NCBI GenBank assembly: GCA_003427395.1
Contig: BFEA01000020.1
Location: 5,770,855 to 5,834,854, forward strand
Direction: 5' to 3'
Origin: Chara braunii
Lineage: Eukaryota > Plantae > Charophyceae
DNA: 64,000 nucleotides
The notes beneath the pieces were generated by a model. That model had not been told where the DNA came from. It did no database searches and saw only the letters and a program-made list of their open reading frames with translations. This document shows, piece by piece, positions 47,188-57,731 of this stretch (position 1 is its first letter; each line of letters starts with the position of its first letter). The position numbers and the translations under genes were made by a program.

Positions 47188-49759
47188 AAACTGGCAGCTT
47201 ACTTATGGAGGGGGGATGACGAGCGGACACACGTGATCAGTAGAGTAGCATGGGATTCCATCATTCAGCCCAAAACCGTAGGAGGCTTGGGGATTATAGA
47301 CCCGACTATACAAGCACAAGCCCTGCGGCTTCAATGGCTTAAAAAACTCGTTCTCACCTTAGACAGTCCGTGGAAAATCCTGGCCCTGGAACACCTGGCC
47401 AGACTGGCCCCAACCCCCCCCCCCCGATGTGCACCCATTGACCTGGTTAGAGGACAGATACTGGACCATACCATGGAAATGGCATACGGGAGAAGGACAC
47501 GAGGAAGACGCTATGGACCAGTTCTGGCCCACCTTACTCAAGACCTGGCGGAAGCTCCCCCTTCCTGATAAGCAACCTCCAGAAAGATGGGAAGAAATCT
47601 ACCGTCAACCCCTCTTCGGGAATCGCTGGTTGGTAGATAGACACGGGCGGGTAAAGTGCAGCTCGGCATCCCCTTGGAAAGGATGGGTTAAGAATGGGGT
47701 AACCCGGATAGGGGACCTATGGGATGCAGACCAAAGGAAATGGAGAACAGGGGAAGAGCTGCATAGCCGCCTAAAATACTGCCACTTTAGGGAGGCAAAC
47801 CTGGAGGAGCTACTGGACACTGTCCCCTTGGCATGGTACAAAACCCTTAGAAAAGGCCCGAAGTTTAGAGAGGGGGACTGGGTGGCCAGTAGAGGGGAGA
47901 CAGGGCGCATAGGATTGATCCACACAGTCAGAAGCCAAGATGTACTAATAGAGTGGTACGCAGTTAATAAGATGGGGGCACTTCAGGGGAGTCACGATCC
48001 TTTCGAATGGAAGGAAAAATCTGCCATTTTCAGGGTCCGGGTGTTGGGGGAAGGAAAGGAGGCGATGGCTTTTCAGCCAAACACTGGAATCCAACACCTG
48101 GCCCTGGATCCACTGGAGTGGAGGTGGACCTCAGTCACACTCAAAACAACCCCCCCCCGCCACACACGCCAAATCCATTTACACAAGCTCTCAGTCAAAT
48201 CCACTTATAGGCTGCTGAGGCCCAAACGCCCGCTGAGAGAAACAATAATTGATCGCTGGGCCAAACATCTCAATGTTGAGAGGAGTATGCTCACACCGAT
48301 ACGGTGGTTTCAGGAGGGCGGAACCAAGCCAGCCAAGATCTCTTCTCTACAATGGCAGATCACACATCGCTGTTTACCCACTATGGACTGGCTAGTAGAT
48401 CACACGAATCTGGAGCAGAAAGGTCTGGCGACACCCTGGTGCCCACGATGCCTAGGAGCCTTCCCCCCACGAAAAAGGCCTGAAACTATAGAACACATTT
48501 TTATGCAATGTCCTACAGCACAGCTCACGTGGCGCTGGTGGGACAGAATATGGAGAAAGATGATACCGGACCCTGTATGGCCATGGTCCTGGAGGGCCAT
48601 CTTGACGGGTCATTGGCCACAGGTGCAGAAAGAACCACCCTTCGTATAAAATATGTATAGATTGGGACGCAGGGCGGTACCGTGGGGACTTTGGTGCCAA
48701 CGCTGCCTGATGGTGCTCGAGGGACTGCAAGTGGAAGGAACAGAAACAACGAACCAAATCCGGCAACAGGTTCAAATGGAGATAACAAGGAAATGGCAGG
48801 ATGTGAAAATCAAGCTGGATCTCCTACAAATCACGGAGGATATAGAGAAATTCATCACTGCCTTTTGCTCCAACTGGCTAGGAGGCGCTAGAGGAGGCTG
48901 GATAGCTAGAGTGGAATGGTCTGGCAGCAGAAAGGAAGGGACACATCAGCAGGAGAGGGTGGAATCACGAGATTATCGACTCCAATTCAACGACTGGACA
49001 ACGATAGAGCCCTCCTTCCCCCTTCGCCCGCCGACGGATTTTCCTGATCCCTTCCCCCCACACCCATTCCTGGTTGACCCGACCCCCCCCCACTCTTGAG
49101 CCTGCACATTACCCTCTGCATTAACCCTTGCATTATCCTCTGTTGCATCAGTCCTTGGGATTGTGCACTAATGGCCCCGCTTTCTGGTGCCCCTCTTGGA
49201 AGCAAGGGCCAAGAGGTTTGCTTTGTGGATGATACGTGCTTCCTTTTTGCAAATGCATAAGTGGGTAGGCAGGGTACTTTTTTCTGAGATTCGTTTTGGA
49301 CAACTGCTGGCAGGATGCTTTCATTTCCTTTCCGAGAGTCATCTTCGAACACCTGCTCAGTCAATCCCCTATAGTCCAGGGGTAATCAATGCTGGCAGGC
49401 TTTTTACTTAGCTTTCTGAGATGTTCTGAAAAACGAAAAAGGGGGAGGGTGGAACCAGTGTGCAACAGTAGGTATCTGGCGCCGGTTCCCAGGTGAAGAG
49501 GTTCCCTTCTTCCTTACCTCCTGCGCAGTCAATCCCCTGGATGCCAGGGTAATCAATGCTGGCATATGGCCTTTTCCGGACATGTTCCCATCTCAATCAA
49601 TCCATCTCAATCTGTTCATGGGACGCTGGACCCGTTTTCCAGCAGGCGACGCTCCCCACCAATAGATGGAGCCTCTCCCCGGGTGGTAGCGGTGTCTGCT
49701 CTTATCAGCACCACTAACACTGTCGGGGGTGTTTTAAAAAAAAAAACAAAAAAAACAAA
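47188..49759 (+). mobile_element. 5'-truncated L1/Tx1-like LINE with TSD; well-preserved post-RT ORF2 (47188-49099)
   Basis: AYLWRG..VAWDSIIQPKTVGGLGIID; LQWQITHRCLPT..CPRC..ETIEHIFMQC; poly(A); TSD AAGCCTCCT at 47179-47187 and 49760-49768. Confidence 0.92.
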
Positions 49760-51153
49760 AAGCCTCCTTCTGGCTGGTGCCACCAGCCATTTTGCCCAGG
49801 AAGCCGAGCCCTGAAAGTTGCAGCAGCATGCAAGCCGCAACTTGGGAAAAAAATAGCTGGGAAATGTACACAGCCCCAGCCTTCCGTATATTTCTCCGTC
49901 GCCCAGTCGGGGAAAAAAAAAGAAACCGTCTCGGCCCCCTACCGAGACCACAATGGCTGGCGGCGGCAGCCAGAAAAGAAAAACCTGCACCACTGGCGGT
50001 TTCGTAAAAGCTTCGCGCGCGCAGTGTGCAGCGCCTCCAGGCCGGTGTCCTCGTCGCGTAACTCCGAGAAGTCGACTTTGGATAAAATGGGATACAGAAA
50101 TACCAAAATGGCCCTGTTGATAAAAATAAAAATAAAAAGGTTCTGCCAATGTTCTCAGTCCCTCAAGGTCCCATGTCTTCGCCCTGGCACCTGGGAATGT
50201 GTGACGCGGCATACCATTCAGTGGACTTACGACTTATGCCGGGGCAAGGAGTGCCGATTGCAGCACGAGCAGCAGCTGCAAGATACGTTGGCCACGGGCC
50301 CTGCGCGCCGACGATTCAGGATGAAACTGGCCGGCGTGCGAGGCCAGAGGCAGCCTCCGTGTGTGTTAACGGGCGGGCGTTGTGTTTTTGGCCGGGAAAG
50401 GCACTGGCGGTTTAAGTTGTGAAACTTGCGAAACATGCTATGCTTCTGACGATCACTGCCGTTAAGGTGAAGTCTGACCACTGGGGTCTTGTCTGAATTG
50501 TCTAGGGAAAATAAAAACAATAGAATAAGATAGAATTCACAAACAAGTGAAAAGCAAAAAGGCGAGCAGCAAACACAGTAGACAAGACCACGGGGGTTCA
50601 TGACACGATGTCTAAGGAACATGGTATGATCTTTGTTCCTGTCCTGCAGCAGGAGTAATGGGCCAAAGGTCAACTCGTAATGATAGGGCTGAATTTTTTT
50701 TCAAGAGGAGTACATAGGAAAGTAAGTTCATCGAAAGGAACATTCAAGTCGTGACCGAATGAGGCCGCTGTTAAGACCAGATTCAGGCATGTCGTGTATC
50801 GAGTCCAACTTCGTCTGCACAGCAGCTGCTGCTGCTGCTACTGCTGCTTGTTGCAGGGCACATTCAGCACATACTCACACTAGCACTTTCCTAAATGTAT
50901 CTCACTGAAATTACAGCCTATATACCGGATGTATCTGTGATGACAATCACGTCCAGAGTGCCGTCGAAGAAGTCCTAGTTTCGGGGCTCGCTCACGAGAC
51001 TCTTGAGTGGGAATTCCCATGAGAGAACAGCTTTGTCTCTCTTGGAAGTAGGTCAATTCTATATTCTCTTCTGCCAGGAAGTCGGTTCAACAATGATTGC
51101 GTAGAAGTTTGTCCGCCTTGCCGCATCAGTCATCAAATGTGAAAAGGCTATTT

Positions 51154-51811
51154 GGGCTCGCTGCACTACTCTAGACTCGTGAAACATTTCTAGAGTCGTT
51201 CTAGAGCTGTCAGAGTCACAAAAAGTCCTAAAATCTACGCATGGCCGCACTAGCTCTGGACCCCACTAGAAAAGCTAAATTTACTCTGTCACATTCTGAG
51301 TTCGGCAATGTCACTACAGGACAGCGCCAGCCTGGCGGTTGTCCGTGCAGACTTAAACCACCAGTAGTTCCTAAAGTCGTGGTCGTTAACGCTACGCGAT
51401 TTTAGGAAACGTACGGGCCACTACAGGAGCGCCCACATCCATCCAACTAGAAACATTTCTACTCTATTCTTTTCTGCGGCCGATAGCTGGGCCAAGTACT
51501 GGTGGTTTAAGGCCCACTCAAGGAAAACCAAGGCGTTTCAAGGGTCCTCCGGACCTGCCTAAACAAAAACGGCCTCTGCGGGCTGGTGCTCTAGATAAAT
51601 CTAGAGTGAGAAGGACCGACCCGCTCCGACAGCTCAAGAAATGAAAAATCTAGAGTGGACTTATCGAGTGAGAGGAGCAATGACAACTCTATTACTTTTC
51701 TAGACTGGTTCTGACATCTCTAGAACAGGTTTTCAAGCGCCCATTTCTTGAGTAAGTGCAGCCATGCCGCACTCAAGAACAAGCTCGAATCTAGCGTAGT
51801 GCAGCGAGCCC
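51154..51811. mobile_element. Non-autonomous TIR element with TCTAGA subterminal repeats
   Basis: TIR GGGCTCGCTGCACTACTCTAGACTCG vs rc GGGCTCGCTGCACTACGCTAGATTCG; TSD ambiguous (CTATTT / CTATAT). Confidence 0.75.
51353..51510. mobile_element. TTAA-flanked MITE nested in 51154-51811
   Basis: TTAA-ACCACCAGTA ... TACTGGTGGT-TTAA. Confidence 0.9.
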
Positions 51812-52162
51812 CTATATCTTTCAACGTTCTACCAGAAGATGCACTTCCAGTCCACAACAGGTGGATCATTTGGCGAGGCCGTTTATTTGTCCTTGAGCAT
51901 ACCCAGTCTGAAAATCTGTCCACATCACAATCTGATTGCAACCAAGACCAGATTCATCTGACAAAGTCCTGGCCGGGGAACACCCCCTCGGTCACCAACG
52001 GGAGCTTCTTCTTTCCGTTTTTGGTATGGGGTCTGTTTTGAGAAGAGAAGGATGGCCGCCTTGGCATATAATCATTCCTCCTTTTTTTTTATAATGAAAG
52101 AAAAGGACAGTGCCGTCCTCCGCATATATAATCATCGCCGAATTGACCTGCCCCAGGTGGGT

Positions 52163-52332
52163 TTAAACCACCAGTACTTCCTAAAGTCGCGTAGCGTTAA
52201 CGCGAACTTAACGCTACTCAATTTTAGGAAATGTACGGACCACTACAGGAGCGCCCAAATTCATCCAACTAGATAGGTTTCTACTCTATTTTGTTCCGCG
52301 GCCGATAGCTGGGCCAAGTACTGGTGGTTTAA
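52163..52332. mobile_element. TTAA-flanked MITE
   Basis: Same family and orientation as 51353-51510, with intact TIRs. Confidence 0.9.
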
Positions 52333-53317
52333 GCTATTGAACTGAATTCGATTCCATCAGGACTTGAACTCAGGAAAAAGGACGGCGGGGACGGCAGCCG
52401 TCGCATATAATCACTCCCTTTTTTATTATGAAAAAAAAATAAAAAAGCACACCGGCCTTGGCATATAATCATCGTCGAATTGACCGCCCTCAAGAAGGTC
52501 GGAGTTATTTAACTTCATCGCATTGCAATCCGGAGTAGTTTAACTGACTGGACTTGAACTCAGGTCTGTTTATCTACAGTTACATGCATGGGTTTACCAT
52601 ACAGCCAAACGAGCCAGGTACCGAACCCCGCCACTCAATTCCTGGGGCAACAACTACTTCAGAGGCACTTTTTGCCGGGCCTGGAAACGCCATTGGCGGG
52701 GTTCTGTACCTGGCTCATTTGGCGTGCCAAAGGAAAAATGACCTGGCACGGGCCTCTGTTTGGCTGGCGCCTCCAGCCATTTCGGTCCGCAGGTGGAGCT
52801 CCAACAATCACAGCTGCATGCACACCGGAATTCTTTTTCTTAGGCTCAGAAACCTACTGGCGGTTCAACCACCAGTACCTTTCCCCCCTTGAAAATCAAT
52901 TCCATGCCGAGTAACGCGGAGGCCTTCCGTGCCGGGTAACGAGGAGGCCAAGTGGAACCGGGCCGCCGTTGAGAAATTGAATCGGCGAACCACGTACTGT
53001 TTCGTGCCCCCCCCCCCCCCCCCCCCCGGCCTGCGGGGGATATATGGGGAAAGGTACTACCGGTGGTTTAGTTGCTGTACTCCTGTGGATGTTTCTTTCA
53101 GTTCGGTGCAAACAAACATGACATTCATTGCGGACAAACTCAAGGATGCGGAGACCCATACTATCGTCAAAAGATTAAAAAAAGGTCCAAAACAATTCTC
53201 ATTGAAGTTGATTGAACTCCATTGAGAGGATTTCCCCTTCCTAGCATGCCATGATTCGATCCCAGGACCTGTCGCTAATTTTGTTGCTTTTTCTACTATG
53301 TTGTACGCCCGTGGGAT

Positions 53318-53435
53318 GCTGTTGGAGTCTGAACCCAGGACCTGGTGCTGACTTACCTGTGCTCCTGGACCTGGTGCGCTGTTGGAGTCTGAACCCAGGA
53401 CCTGGTGCTGACTTACCTGTGCTCCTGGACCTGGC
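53318..53435. repeat. 60-bp tandem duplication; further duplications at 53550-53718 and 53785-53973
   Basis: GCTGTTGGAGTCTGAACCCAGGACCTGGTGCTGACTTACCTGTGCTCCTGGACCTGG x2. Confidence 0.9.
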
Positions 53436-54593
53436 ACTATACCCTCTGGTGTGAGCGTTGACTTTCTGGTTGTGGAGGCTTGAACCGGAGACCTGCTCTT
53501 ATGTGTAGGTGAAGTCAGTGCTTAGTAGGGTGAGATCCCACTGGCAAGGAGGATTAGTAATTGTCTGAATGTGATGTGGACGTCTTCATGGACAGGTGCG
53601 AAAATCTACGTTTCTGCATCTCTGCGTGGAACTCGCGAGGATTACAGTAATTGTCTGAATGTGGACGTGTTTGTGAACAGGTGCGAAAATCTACGTTTCT
53701 GCAGCTCTGCGTGGAACACATCCCAATTCAGACACTTGTTCCAATCCTCTTTGCCAGTGGGACCTGGCCCTTAGTACTGCTCATGCAGTGAGTGTGAGTG
53801 TGAGAGTGTGCTCCAGGGGTCCAAGCGCAAGTGTCCAGAGGCTTCCAAGGGCATCGGGGACAATGCAGTGAGTGTGANCCAAGGGCATCGGGGACAATGC
53901 AGTGAGTGTGAGTGTGAGAGTGTGCTCCAGGGGTCCAAGCGCAAGTGTCCAGAGGCTTCCAAGGGCATCGGGGCAGGTGTCCCCGGGAAAACAAAACCGC
54001 AGAAATGGTTTTCAGAGGGTTCATTCTGCGTGCTGCTGGTTCCCGGAAATCAAGCGCAGTGCGCTGTGTGGTGAAGAAGACAGCCGTCGCTGGAGTAGTA
54101 GTAGTAGTGCAATCGAGTTCCCATCTGGAAACTGCTCTTTTTTGTGTTTTTTTTGGGGAGTGGCATCACATCACGCGCTTGTGTCAGGCGTTTGTAGGAG
54201 AGAGCTGTTGCTCGGTAGTGCGTGCGCCGTCGAGTGAGCGGGAGCATCTCTTCGATGTTCAGTGAGAGATCCTGTGTGGAAGACCGAAGGAGACATGCTG
54301 GTGATAGTGGAGATCGCATTGTGGGAGGTTGCCCACTGAAGTTTCAAGCTGGTGGTGGGTGAGAGCTTTTTCTGCAAATGGACACCGCATTGATCTCCGC
54401 CCTTTCTCTTTCTTTCTTTCTTTTTTTTTTTTTTTTTTTTTTTTTTTTGGTTTAAGGCCCATCTTTTGTAGCAGCAGTGTGACAGGGGGCTTGCATTGTC
54501 AGAAGATTTCACTGAAGTTTCTGCACATGACGAACGACCGTCGCGTCGAACTCGGACCTGCATCTTTTGTAGCAGAGAGTGACAGTGGGCTTA

Positions 54594-54761
54594 GGGCCTC
54601 GCCGCACGGCACACAAAACGAAAACGAAACGAGTGCATCTGCCCACCAACGGTGGCAAAATACACTCGTTACTATTTATAGCAAACCGATGAACCTGGCC
54701 ATTTTCCGGGGGAAGATACATTCATTTCGTTTTTCGTTTCGTGTGCGGTGTGGCGACGCCC
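54594..54761. mobile_element. PIF/Harbinger (Tourist-like) MITE
   Basis: ~45-bp TIRs beginning GGGCSTCGCCRCAC; TTA TSD at 54591-54593 and 54762-54764; termini related to 5665-5786. Confidence 0.85.
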
Positions 54762-55129
54762 TTACATGGTCGGAACTTTCACCGAAGTCCAATATGAACT
54801 CGGTCGAGTAATTGATTGAACCAGGCCTGATAAATCTCCCCAATTTGCAAGTCCGTGCGCACATTTGTGGGCCTGACCCACCATACCTGCACCATCGATA
54901 AACTTTGTGCTGGTTTGTGTGTGGTGTCCGACGACTGTAGATCTCAAATTTCGTTGAACTGTGTGGGGATTCTCGAAGGGGAAGGGCAACCTCATCTTCC
55001 TGTGTTTGGTGTCACCCGCCATATCCGATCCGCACACTCACTCGGAATGGACGATGCATGAGTGGGGGTCTCCTTCGCATCGTTAAACAATTCCCATTGA
55101 AATGATTCCCCACAAATATAGATTGGAGC

Positions 55130-55323
55130 TCTTACCCGCACAGTCAATGCTGGCAGCCAAGACCATACTTTTGCTCACACATTTTCCATCGGTTCATCCA
55201 TTGGGACGCTGGACCGGTTTTCCAGCACGCGCGGCTCCCCACCAATAGAATGGGGCACCCTGACCTCGCACAAGGGGAGGCCGCTCGTATCACCCCCCCT
55301 AGTGAAGCTGCTCTGGCCTTTCA

Positions 55324-55363
<40 letters not shown>

Positions 55364-55365
55364 AA
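55130..55365 (+). mobile_element. Old LINE 3'UTR fragment with a (TAAA)n tail
   Basis: Similar to 49550-49740; carries the conserved motif at 55203. Confidence 0.7.
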
Positions 55366-55537
55366 AGAAGAAGAAGAAGAAGAAATAATGAGGCTGCTGA
55401 GTCTCACTTTGTCATCACATAACCCCCATACACTTACGAACACCTTTCTTTGAAAGGGTTGTGGAGGTGTCGGGGATTCAACTCTTACGGGGACGCCGGC
55501 GGGCGCCTGCATGCACCAGATTCAGCCAACCCGTCGG

Positions 55538-55729
55538 CGTGCTCTGAAGACGGGTTGGCATGAAGATGAAGTTCTTCCGTGCTCTGAAGACGGGTTGGCA
55601 TGAAGATGAAGTTCTTCCGTGCTCTGAAGACGGGTTGGCATGAAGATGAAGTTTTTCCATGCTCTGAAGACGGGTTGGCATGAAGATGAAGGTCTTCTGT
55701 GCTCGGAAGACGAGTTGGCATGAAGATGA
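55538..55729. repeat. Minisatellite, 40-bp unit, ~5 copies
   Basis: GTGCTCTGAAGACGGGTTGGCATGAAGATGAAGTTCTTCC. Confidence 0.95.
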
Positions 55730-56919
55730 GGCCTCACCCACACGCAGCATCACACCCACACGCAGCATCACTCAAGTCTTACGAACCCCTTTCATTGAGC
55801 ATGGCAAAGTTCTTCAGAGTCTTCAGACCTTTATTGGGATTTCTTTTTTTTTTTTTGTTTGTTACGAAAGCAATACCGCCGCCGCCACTGTTGGGACAAA
55901 TACGGAAAACGAGAAGTTTAAAGTTTTCCCAAACTCCTAAAAAATCGGAAGTTGGGCCTGACGTTTCGTTTCGGCCTTCCTAAAAGCTCTGAAACGCACC
56001 CGAGGCCCACTATTTTTCCCATTGGCAATGATACTACTGTTTTTTTAAGCTGTGAGGACTGTGCAAGCGGGATGATGATGTCAAGAGGAGGAGAGTACAT
56101 TTGTTCAAAACTCAAAGAAAAGAAAAAGAAAAAAGATGCTGTTCAGGCGCGCTCCCCTCCCTCCCAAAATCCCGGTAGAAGTTCAGATTCTTCAGAACCA
56201 TTATTATAGAACACAAAAATTCGGCCGGGTAAACAGGCCCTCTCTCCGCGACCGAGTACAAGACCCCTAATGAGTGCTGGTGGCGGAGTGCAGCCGAAAA
56301 CTAGCCGGGTCCTCGCCGCTATTTTACTGTTGTATCCTTCTTTCGACCTAACGTGACGTTCGGGAGACCTTTTTCCATGTGTTTCATTGATTTTCCCTCA
56401 ACTTATGGTCCTGCTCTCTTTTCTTCCCGTCCCTTTCCCCTTCCTTTCCCTCCCACTTCTGTGTCTTCATCTGCTTCTTCTTCTCCTCCTCCTCCTCCTC
56501 TATTTTCTGGCGAGTCATCGTGGATGGACAGGATTTCGTCTGTCTCTCCATCGATGGCTAATGGTGTGAATCCAACTTTGCGTACTGCTGACTGCTCTGC
56601 GCTTAATCTGAGTGGATTGTTGTTGCTTGCATACTGGATGAATTGCACCAAGTAATTAATAACTATGGTGTCAAACACCTCTTGTCGCTTGCATACTGGA
56701 TAAACTGCACTAAGTATTTAATAATTACAGTGACAAACACCTCTTGTCGCAAGCCCCAGGGAAACCTTAGGAACAGCTTTCATAGAACACAGAAATGAGG
56801 ATGTTTGGTCTGCACCCTCCCCTCAAAAACTCCACAAACAATTTGGAACAGCTTCAAGGGTAGAAAGCTGGCAAAACCTCCCCGGTCGCACTTGCACAGA
56901 CTGGTGAAAAGTTGGAAGA

Positions 56920-57696
56920 CGCAACTAACGCACCTGAGGTCAGCCCTGTCAGCTTATCTCTGGAAAAATGACCACGAAAACACGCGCTGCATCAAAAGAG
57001 TAGCGTGGAAATTTGTCACCCAACCAAAGCGAGTGGGGGACCTTGGCATATTGGACCCAGGGGACGAAATCGAAGCTCTAATGTTCCAAATTATCACCCG
57101 CCTCCTGCTGGCCAATGACCTCCCATGGCTCCCTCTCGCTTATATACAATTGGGTAACCTTGCACCCCCCTCCCCCCCCCATAGCCCGATTCGCACCCTT
57201 AGCTGGCTGACAAACAAGGCTTGGTCTCTACCAAGCCCTCCGCGACATAAGAGGGATGGCTCCTCTACAAACAGAGTCAGATGGGACTTAAAAAATGACC
57301 CGCTGTGGACCACAATGCTAGGCCTATGGAGGTTCCCGGAATGCTGTTTTGTACCAAGTGGTTGCAAGCCTTGCGTTGTTAATCGCGAGTGCTCTCCCCA
57401 CTAGCGATGTATGAGGGCCGTCCCATTTAGCGAGTCTCTGCAGGGCAGTCAGGACTAACGCTTGCCCATGGTCAGACGGGGGGCCCAGAGCTGTCAGTCC
57501 GATCCCCAGAACTCTGATTACATATGCGACAATGCTGGGCAGCCCTTTGACTTGTCCACAACTCCCACTGGCTCACAAGGGTAAGGAAAGGACCCGCTTT
57601 CCAGCAGGTGTTGCTCCCCACCAATAGATGGAGCCTCCCCGAGTATGCTAGTTGTGTCTACTCTTATCAGCACCCCTAGCACTCACTCGGGTTGTT

Positions 57697-57731
<35 letters not shown>

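Noticed and set aside
38316-50885. Near-equal ~6.3-kb spacing of the three exon-like copies
   Set aside because: The intervals contain different TE insertions and an estimated-length gap, so the equality is probably coincidental.
53351-53419. ACTTACCTG as a U1 snRNA 5' end
   Set aside because: No downstream U1 sequence; it is a 9-mer inside a tandem duplication, equally a minus-strand splice-donor consensus.
55538-55729. 40-bp repeats as a CRISPR array or tandem hammerhead ribozymes (CTGAAGA)
   Set aside because: There are no unique spacers or cas genes and the context is eukaryotic; there is no GAAA core or flanking helices. The arrays at 42851 and 60852 also lack spacers.
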